NCBI RefSeq assembly: GCF_004010195.1
Contig: NC_057718.1
Span: 40,068,101 to 40,132,100 of the forward strand
DNA: 64,000 nucleotides
Direction of reading: 5' to 3'
From: Chiloscyllium plagiosum
Lineage: Eukaryota
The notes beneath the pieces were generated by a model. That model did not search any database and was not told the origin of the DNA. It was given only the letters and a program-made list of their open reading frames with translations. The position numbers were made by a program, and so were the translations under genes. Shown in pieces: positions 1 through 64,000 of this stretch; the first letter of the stretch is position 1, and each line of letters starts with the position of its first letter.

Positions 1-169
1 AGAACAAACATATATTATGAGTGAGCAATCTAAAAGGTACTAGGCTGAAACCTGAACTGTATCCTAAGAACTTCATTTCTGGTGTAGTGTGTATAGCTTT
101 CTATGTGAATATTGCAAGGACTTGCCAATTTTGCAACTCTGAGAATGACTTGCAATTTGAAGCAGCAAA

Positions 170-905
170 CGGAAGGCTGTGAGAAGCCTGGGAACTACAG
201 ACCTATGAGTCTGACCAATGACGTCAAGGTAAATTGTTGGAGGTGATTCTGAAAAGGGTTTGCATGCATTTGGAGAGGCAAGGACTGATTTAAGGATTTG
301 GATCAGAATTTAAAAGGCATGGTTAGTAAGTTTGCAGATGACACCAAAATTGGTACACTGGGCAGTGAAGAAGGTTATCTAAGATTATGAAGAGATCTTG
401 ATCAGTTGGGTCAGTGGGCTGAGGAGTGGTAGATGGAGTTTAATTTGGATAAATGTGAAGTATTGCATTTTGGTAAAGCAATTAAGAACAGGACTTCTAC
501 ATTTAATGGTAAGGCCCTGGGTAGTATTATTGAACAGAGAGACCTATGGGTTCAGGTTCGTAATTCTTTGAAATTTGTGTCACATATAGACAGGGTGGTT
601 AAGAAGATATTTAGTATGCTTTTCTTTACTGCTCAGACTTTTGAGTATAGGAGTTGGGATGTCATGATGAGGTTGTAAAGGATTTGCTGAGGCCTCTTCT
701 GGTGGGGAAGTGCCAGTGTTGGACTGGGGTGGAAAACGTCAGAAGTCACATGACACCAGGATTTCACTTGATGAAGGAGCAGGCCTCTGAAAGTCTGTGA
801 TTTCAAATAAACTTGTTGGACTATTACCTGACGTTGTGTGACTTCTGACTTAAGTCTCTTCTGAAGTACTGTGTGCAGTTCTGGTCACCCTGTTATAGGA
901 AATAT
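170..905 (+). mobile_element. CR1 LINE ORF2 fragment, interrupted at 702..855
   Basis: SKFADDTK and MEFNLDKCEVLHFG (ORF 433..678); resumes after the insertion with YCVQFWSP. Confidence 0.88.
702..855 (+). mobile_element. Short Penelope-derived fold-back element with degenerate hammerhead motif
   Basis: 8-bp flanking direct repeat CTCTTCTG (694..701, 856..863); imperfect inverted repeat 738..760 / 827..849; TTGATGA-A-GGAG..CTCT-GAAA at 768..792. Confidence 0.6.
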
Positions 906-1122
906 ATTATAAATATATATTCTCTCCATTTTCACTGGAGAGAAAATGGCAGGAAAGGGCAGCCAGCCAATCTTTTATAGCAGACCATGGAGGTCATGGA
1001 GATGGTGAGCAGCTGAAGTCAGGCACAGGATGTGGATTCATCTTTCACTGCAGGAGAGTACAAATACCAGGTCAGGTGCAGAAACAAGGATGTAGAGGCA
1101 TCCTTGGACATGGTGTCATCAA

Positions 1123-1236
1123 CAGGCTAACGTGAGGACTGCAGATACTGGAGGTCAGAGTCAAGCGTGTGGTGCTGGAAAAGCACAGCCGGTCAGGCAG
1201 CATCTGAGGAGCAGGAGAATCGACATTTCGGGCAAT
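1123..1236 (-). mobile_element. Penelope-derived terminal fragment
   Basis: 12-bp TSD TGGTGTCATCAA (1111..1122, 1237..1248); homologous to 23338..23442 and 41088..41190. Confidence 0.7.
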
Positions 1237-1436
1237 TGGTGTCATCAATAGAGGAGTTTGCCCTCAGTTGACAAGGTGCCATCAGTTCAGTTTATCACTA
1301 ATAAAAAAGAAAGTGTCATAGTATCAGGTGAAATTCCAAAAAGATGATACCTGTAGCTGCCTCTGACATGAGTATGTAAGCCGGAAAAATATAATGATCA
1401 GAGAAGTGCAAGGACTTAAGCTTTCAGTCAACTCAG

Positions 1437-2795
1437 TACATAGAGTCATAGAAATGTACAGCATGGAAACAGATCCTTCGGTCCAACCCATTCATGCCGA
1501 CCAGATATCTCACCCAATCTAGTCCCACCTGCCAGCACCCAGCCCATATCCCTCCAAACCCTTCCTATTCATATACACATCCAAAAGCCTCTTAAATATT
1601 GCAATTGTACCAGCCTCCACCACTTCATCTGGTAGCTCATTCCATATACGCACCACCCTCTGTGTGAAAAAGTGGCCCCTTAGGTCTCTTTCACATCTTT
1701 CCCCTCTCACCCTAAACCTATGCCCTCTAGTTCTGGACTCCCCGACCGCAGGGAAAAGACTTTGTCTATTTATCCTATCCATGCCCCTCATGATTTTGTA
1801 AACCTCTGTAAGGTCTCCCCTCAACCTCCGACGCTCCAGGGTAAACAGCCCCAGCCTGTTCAGCCTTTCCCTATAGCTCAAATCCTGCAACCCTGGCAAC
1901 ATCCTTGTAAATCTTTTCCGAACACTTTCAAGTTTCACAACTTCTTTCTGATAGGAAGGAGACCAGAATTGCACGCAATATTCCAACAGTGGCCTAACCA
2001 ATGTCCTGTACAGCCGCAACATGACCTCCTAACTACTGTACTCAATACTCTGACCAATAATGGAAAGAATATCAAACACCTTTTTCACTATTCTATCTAC
2101 CTGCGACTCCACTTTCAAGTAGTTATGAACCTGCAGTCCAAGGTCTCTTTGTTCAGCAACACTATCTAGGATCTTACCATGAAGTGTATAAGTCCTGCTA
2201 AGATTTGCTTTCCCAAAATGCAGCATCTCTCATTTATCTGAATTAAACTCCATCTGCCACCTCTCAGCCCGTTGGCCCATCTGGTCAAGATCTGTTGTAA
2301 TCTGAGGTAACCTTCTTCGCTGTCACTACACCTCCAATTTTGGTGTCACCTGCAAACTTACTAACAGTATCTCTTATGCTTGCATCCAAATCATTTATGT
2401 AAATGACAAAAAAATTGTGGACCAGCACCGATCCTTGTGGCACTTCATCACAAGCCTCCAGTCTGAAAAACAACCCTCCACCACTACCCTCTGTCTTCTA
2501 CCTTTGAGCCAGTTCTGTATTCAAATAGCTAGTTCTCCATCTATTCCGTGAGATCTAACCTTGCTAACCAGTCTCCCATGGGGAACCTTGTCGAACGCCT
2601 TACTGAAGTCCATATAGATCACATCTACTGCTCTGCCCTCATCAATCTTCTTTGTTACTTCTTCAAAAAACTCAATCATGTTTGTGAGACAAGATTTCCC
2701 ATGCACAAAGCCATGCTGACTATCCCTAATCAGTCATTGCCTTTCCAAATACATGTACTTCCTGTCCCTCGGGATTCCCTCCAGCAACTTGCTGA
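1437..2795 (-). mobile_element. CR1 LINE, 5'-truncated, 3' end intact
   Basis: RT motifs in ORFs 2521..2706 (YMDFSKAFDKV), 2285..2473 and 1519..2022; short tandem-repeat 3' tail at about 1437..1453. Confidence 0.93.
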
Positions 2796-3399
2796 TCATT
2801 TATTTTGTTCTCCTGAAACTTGCTGCAGCTACAGTGGCAGATAAGGGAAGAGACTGACCAAACTTCAGGAGGATCAGCACCATCATACGACATGCACCTC
2901 CACAAGCACAATACTGTCAGCTCAAAGGGTCCAGCAGCACAGATAGAAAGGATAGTGCAAAGTATTTTTCCAGGAGTAGATCTGGAGATGTTTGAAAACT
3001 CTCCAGGGAATAGGGAGGCATCCAGCTCTGCTCAGCTGGACATAGTTGCTGAGCTTAATTACGAGATGCACTTTTGTGCTGAAGTTGCAAGATCCATTAT
3101 TTCCATGAGTGACCTGCGAAAAAGTAAGGCAACGAGTGGATGAAGATGCACAGCAATGGTCTCCATGTAATGGTGGCTTCATTTGAAAAGCATTAAGTAA
3201 GCAGCGGCTTAGATGGCTAAGTACTATACTCAAGTGCATTGAAATACTTTTGCTTTGTTTGCAAGGAGTTGGGAGATTGGCACAGGAGAGAAGTAAGCAG
3301 GGGTGATGGTATTGAGGACCCATCTCAAGATTGCCACAGACCTGCAGGAAAGGGATGTATGTGAAGGTGTAGTGTATGTGCCAGGGAAATCACTGGCAG

Positions 3400-4030
3400 G
3401 AGGGAAATTGTGGTTATACACCCCTCGGTTGAAGTGACCTGGATGAAGGTGTTCACGGGACTCTGGCATGCAGATCTATGCCTGGATGTGTCAGTGGCGC
3501 TTCTGTTCATGCTCCATCAGCCCATCCTTCATCTTCTTTCTCCTCTGATGAAACCTGTCTGAAACCAGTATCCTCTGCTAGATTTGAACTGCTTGCTGTG
3601 TTAAGCCTCTGGTAGATGTACAACTCTTACTGAACTTCACTGCAGAGATACATGAGGTGTGGTGCGCTGGTATCAGTAACCAAATCCTCAGGTGTTCTAT
3701 CTTCCCATCCAGCAGCCATTCACTGAGAATGTGTTGAGGCCTTTCAACTGCTGGATGGTAAAGGCATCATGGTATCTCCTGAAAAGTCTCATTAGTTCCA
3801 GGACCTATTTATGATGGTTGCATACTAGGTTTACATTATCAATTCAGGAAAATGCTTGGCAGTAAGCTATTTCCAACCTATTTACTTCTGATTTCCCTTT
3901 TGTATGTTGCTTCTGTGATGGTCTGCTGAGCTTCGTGACTTCCCACTGAGCACATGCCTTCTTCAGTTTGCTGTGAAGCATTCGGAAAGAGGTACTGCAC
4001 AAGTGAGATTTATAAGCATTTTAATTACCA
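3400..4030 (-). mobile_element. Decayed PIF/Harbinger DDE transposase remnant
   Basis: Minus-strand peptides NVNLVCNH (3837..3814), YHDAF (3774..3760) and WLLDGKIEHLRIWLLIP (3718..3668) in the order of the Harbinger motifs NVQLVCD / HDA / WLLGDxGYPLxxWLxTP; contains a stop and a frameshift. Confidence 0.6.
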
Positions 4031-5070
4031 TAGCTGCCTGTGCATTTCACTCACAGGGATTCCTGTCTGTATTGTTATGTTGATCCTGGGAAATCCAGAA
4101 GGGAGGTGGAAAGATAGTACTGGTCTAATACTTCACACAGTTTTTCCAGCCTCTTTCGCACTGATCCAAATGCCTGGTAAAATTCCACCCTTTCGTGTTC
4201 CAGTTTGCAGGTTCTCTTTTACTCTCTTGTTTACCCCTGGCTCATTGCCTACCCCATTGTTTGTTTTAGTTTGAATATTGTATCCTTTAAGGTCAAAATT
4301 GAATGGTGGGAAACTAATAATTTGGGGATGGTGAGAAAAATGTTTTAATTTGCCTAAAATAGATTTCTGATTACTGTTGCAGATCTAAGTTTAGCCTAAA
4401 AGTGTAATTTTCTCAAGGCCATTAATATAGTTCTAAGGAATAGTGAATGCTTCAAGTGGCTTAATGGATGATGGGCATGCTAGAGTAAATTTCTGCATGC
4501 AGTATCATACATCTCTATCTCTGCTGAGAATACTCCCATGATTCACATATTAAGTATCTTATTAGCCTAGACCAGAGTAGCAAATCTGTCATCATCCTGT
4601 TTGAGATCAGAAAATATATTATCATTTAACTAGGAAACAGTACCTGTTAGACTGTAAAGACTGTCTTTTTATTAATGTGCTTTTTAAAACTGTGGACTGA
4701 AATGAGAGAACAGTTTGAAACCCAAGAATTTTCAAGGGTGGCACTGTGTATTTTGAAAACAAAGAATTAACTACCTATTGTGAACACTTTGTATAGCTAT
4801 GGGTTCTAGCAACGTGCAAACTCGAGCCAAGGAGATGTTTTTATGAATGAATCTGATTGGTCCCTAGTCCACAAACCAGTTATCAATGAGAAAGATCTCT
4901 GCTTGATAACAACTCTGTAATTGGTTGTTTGGTAACTGGGTTGTGAACATGATGGAGAAAAAAGGTCACAGCAGAAGAGAAATCACCCGCTAAAAACCCT
5001 GAATTTCTGCAGTAATCCACTTTCAATCTGAAGAAAATCAGCTTATCTCCCCTTCAGCAGAAGCTGCATG

Positions 5071-5330
5071 TTAGAACATAGAACATTACAGTGCAGTACA
5101 GGCCCTTCGGCCCCCGATGTTACGTGGACCTGTGAAACCAATCTGAAGCCCATCTAACCCACACTACTCCACTTTCATCCATATATTTATTCAATGACCA
5201 TTTAAACGCCCTTAAAGTTGTTTAGTGAACTACTGTTGCAGGTAGGGGTTCAATGCTGCTACTACTGAGTAAAGAAACTACCTCTGACATTTGTCCTTTA
5301 TCTATCATCCCTCAATTTAAAGCTACGTTG
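5071..5330 (-). mobile_element. CR1 3' end fragment (subfamily with TAGAACA-type tail)
   Basis: Homologous to 14519..14775. Confidence 0.85.
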
Positions 5331-5479
5331 TGATTTGAAATTGATTAAGTCAGGGACCTTTGTAAGTGAACCAGCCTTTTAGAAACTAGTGGAAGTATTT
5401 GGGGGAAAAATTTTCATTTAGCAAGAACCAACCCGAAGGGGGAGGGAGAGATGAGGGTCCTGAGAATATTACTTAGGTC

Positions 5480-5790
5480 TCTGGACGAACAGTCCAGTGA
5501 TAATACCACTAGGGGATCTAGATTCAACTCCCACCATAACAGTTGGTGAAATTTGAATTCAATAAAAATCTGTCATTTTGTCTAATGATGACCATGAAGC
5601 TGTTGTCAATTGTCAGAAAAAGCCCATCTGATTCTTTTAATGTTCTTTTGAGAAGGAAATTGCTGTCCTAAACTGGTCTGGCCAACATGTGACTCCAGAC
5701 CCACAGCAATGTGTTTGACACTTATCTGCCCTCTGCGCAATTAGGGATGGCTCACCAGTGACTCCCTCATCCTGTGAATTAGAATAAAAA
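5480..5790 (+). mobile_element. tRNA-derived SINE, family B (unclassified)
   Basis: Shares GAAATTTGAATTCAAT, GTGACTCCAGACCCACAGCAATGTG and AATTAGGGATGG blocks with 8090..8400 and 60772..61070; partial copies at about 5990..6240 and 6545..6770. Confidence 0.65.
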
Positions 5791-7079
5791 TTCAGGACCC
5801 ATCCCTTCTCAGCCATAGCCCTATAATGACTTTCAGATCATAATTATTTACTTCAGTGTGCATTAGAATTTGTTTCTTTATGAATATTATGTGCATTCAT
5901 ACACTGAAACTTTATTTGTTTTTGTTATTTTTGTTATCTAGTCTTGATTCCCTCTGTCCCTTCCTGCCATTCTCTGACCCTGTGGTCTCGGTGATGGTGA
6001 CCACTGTTACCAATTGTCATTAAAATCCATTCATTTACTAATGTCACATGAGGGAAGAAATCAGTTATCCTTCGCTGATCTGGCCCATCTATGACTCCAA
6101 ATCCACAACAAAGTGGTTGAGTTTTAACTGCCTTCTGAAATGATCTAGCAAGCCACTCAATTTCAGGGTAATTAGGGATGGCCAAAAATTGGTGACTTTG
6201 CCAGTGACCCCCACACACCAAGAAAGAATGAATGAAAAAGATCAATGGACCCTTCATCTGTGGAAAAAGTTGCTGCACATAGCAGGTCTAAAGCAACTGG
6301 TTGTTTGATTGTATGTCAATTAGAAGCCTCCAGAATTCCCCAGAACCCACTGAGTAGGATTGTACCAGATAGCATGAAATGGAAGTTTCCATTCGAGAGA
6401 GTGATCCGTATAGTGAGGCCAGTTTGATAACTCCATATGTAGTCTTTTGCAGAGGACTATTTGTAATTTAGGATATAAATTTCTTCCAATTGATTTGTCT
6501 TGGTTACTGCTTATTAAATAATTGAATGCTGTCTTTCTGTCTTGCTCACTCTCCGGGAGATGGTTGCCTGGGATAGTGCATTGATTGTCATACAAATCCA
6601 TCTGGTTCATCTAGTGCTATAGAGATGGAAATTTCCATCCTTACCTGGACTGACCTACATGTGACTCCAGTTCCACAGCAATATGGTTTCTTTCTTTACT
6701 GCCCTCTGGGCAAAATTGTTGGTCTGGTCAGTGGCACCCACAATCCTGTGACCGAATTAAATTTAAAACTGTAACTTCATCACAAGAAACTTCCTGTCAT
6801 TGGACTTTCCTCCTATTCTGCTCAGTTACCCTCCTTTCCTGAAACTACGCTCCCATTTATTTTGAAACTGCACTCCCAGTATTATTCACCAGACACTGCA
6901 GCTTTTCACCCAGCTAGGTATGTTCCTGTTTTCCTGAACCCTAATCTTGCTCTGTTATATCAAAGAAATACTGTTTTTTGGGCCTTTAACCACTGCTCCA
7001 TCCCAAGCTGTTCGTAACTGTTAATTAGGAACATGCCCTTGTTAGATCAAATCCTTCAGGGCTCTTAGTACTATGTCCT

Positions 7080-7430
7080 CATTACCCAGAACCATTCAAT
7101 TGTTGTATGACTTCAGGCAGAGATTGCTAAGTTCTTGATCTCGCAAGAAATTAAGGGCTATAGGGAGAGTGCGGATAAATGGAGTTGAAATGCCATGATT
7201 AAATGGTGGCGTAGACTCGATGGGCTGAATGGCCATCCACTCCTATGTCTTATAGAGTCATAGAGATGCACAGCACAGAAACAGACCCTTTGGTCCAACT
7301 CGTCCATGCTTACCAGATATCCCAACCCAATTTAGTCTCACCTTCCTATTCATCTACCCATCCAGATGCCTTTTAAATGCTGTAATTGTACTAGCCTCCA
7401 CCACTTCCTCTGGCAGCTCATTCCATACAT
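7080..7430. mobile_element. Two tail-to-tail CR1 3' fragments (+ 7080..7252; - 7253..7430)
   Basis: 3' tails homologous to 49900..50045 and 1437..1650 respectively. Confidence 0.75.
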
Positions 7431-8089
7431 GGTCTTGTGGACTTCACCAAGTGCTCACTACATATAGCCCGAGTAGTTAGCACAGCTGAAAGCAGCTCTG
7501 CTGAATATGTCTTTCCGTCCTCCACCTGACTGACCCTGGCTCTGCTCTCAGTGATCCCTTTATCTCCCTGCATGACCCAATTAGAAACCTTGCAAATAGC
7601 TTCAGCTTTCTTTGGGCAGAATTGCATGCAATTCATTTTGGAACCGTAAAATGCAACAGTTGGAGCATCATGTCTCATTTTCATTCTGTCCTTTTTTTTT
7701 CTAAACTCAACATGGATTTAATTTGAAGAGCAAATTTCAAAAATAAGCTTTTGTGACTAAGTGAAGCAGTACTTTTTTGGGGCAGATGCTGGGAGACAAG
7801 GGTGAAAGTTTTTTAAAAGTTTGATTTGTTTAATTTGTCAAAATATGATTATTAAATATTAATGTCGGGCTTTGCTGCTAGCAGCTTGTTAAGGCATTCC
7901 CAGTGTGATATTAACACGTTGTGTTGCTATTTATTTAAACATGATACAGGAAGCAAAGTTTGTGTGATTATTTTTTGCAAGTGTGCTATACACAAGATAC
8001 AGTGTATAAAGTAGATATTAAAAATATACACATACTACAGTGGCATGCTGTAGTCTATCTTGTGATTTCAGGGATTGTATGACCAAATA

Positions 8090-8400
8090 CTATAAGCCAG
8101 GTTGTAGTGGTAATGTCACTGGACGAGAAATCCAGGACCCTGAACATGAGTTCAAATCCCACCATGGTAGTTTGTGAAATTTGAATTTAATAAATATTTA
8201 GAATAAAGCTAAAACCTACTGGTGAGAATATAATCATAAAAACCAACTGGTTCATTGGAACCCAACTGGAAGGGAACCTGCCACTCTTAACTGGTCTGGT
8301 CTATATGTAACACAGACCTAAGCAATGTGGTTGACTCTGAATAAAGGATGGGCAATAATTGCTGGCCTTCCCTATATTCCATGAATGAATAATTAAAAAA
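8090..8400 (+). mobile_element. tRNA-derived SINE, family B
   Basis: A-box-like TGTAGTGGT, B-box GTTCAAATCC, tail ATGAATGAATAATTAAAAAA. Confidence 0.7.
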
Positions 8401-8696
8401 ACCACAGAAATGGATTTTGAAAACTAAACTGGTGCTTTTGGGTCTGATGATTCAGGCAATCTATCTGAAAATTGTATTTAAGATGAATACTTGATTTTTG
8501 TTCTTATTAAATATGAATATTAAAGCCAGAGTTGAGACTAGTTGTCTGAGTGAACTGCTTGTCTATGTTTGAATTATTAAATTAACCCATGAGTTTAGCT
8601 GTTTGACTTGAATGAGGTTTTTGCTCCACTTGATCTGTGAGGTGCATGACGAGAAGTGACATCTAATCTGATTGCTTATCATCTTTTTTTTGACAG

Positions 8697-63821
<55,125 letters not shown>

Positions 63822-64000
63822 GTAAAGAAATAGCATTACATTTTAAGAGTTAACATGTTTGGATTAATTTTTACAGATTGTAGAATGTTGTTTCCACCTT
63901 TTGGGATTTGTATTTCAATCTATATAGCCAATGGGATTGAAATTCCTTCAATTTAGAAGCTGTTGAGATTTTTTTGTATTTGGTCTTGAACAGCCCACCA

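Noticed and set aside
4645..5990. Possible LTR beginning TGTTAG
   Set aside because: It is interrupted by CR1 and SINE copies; no matching CA end or TSD was found.

Overview
Vertebrate nuclear DNA, most likely a cartilaginous fish (inferred from HE1/V-type SINEs, abundant CR1 LINEs and Penelope-derived repeats). The window is the interior of RAB3GAP2 (Rab3 GAP non-catalytic subunit) on the + strand. I traced 26 consecutive coding exons (8697..63821; 2935 nt, about 978 codons), all GT-AG and phase-compatible, corresponding roughly to human exons 5-30 as recalled. The start and stop codons lie outside the window. Introns are filled with CR1/L2 fragments, two tRNA-derived SINE families, Penelope-like element (PLE) fragments, two solo LTRs and a decayed Harbinger transposon. 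Most notable: (1) a structurally complete minimal hammerhead-ribozyme motif with a U3-A8 compensatory core pair, inside a TSD-flanked palindromic PLE-derived element, sense to the pre-mRNA, plus several decayed relatives; (2) a tandem duplication of one 65-nt coding exon with identical copies, where including both gives a premature stop; (3) other local duplications that look like template switching. All assignments are by eye; repeat boundaries are approximate unless TSDs are quoted.
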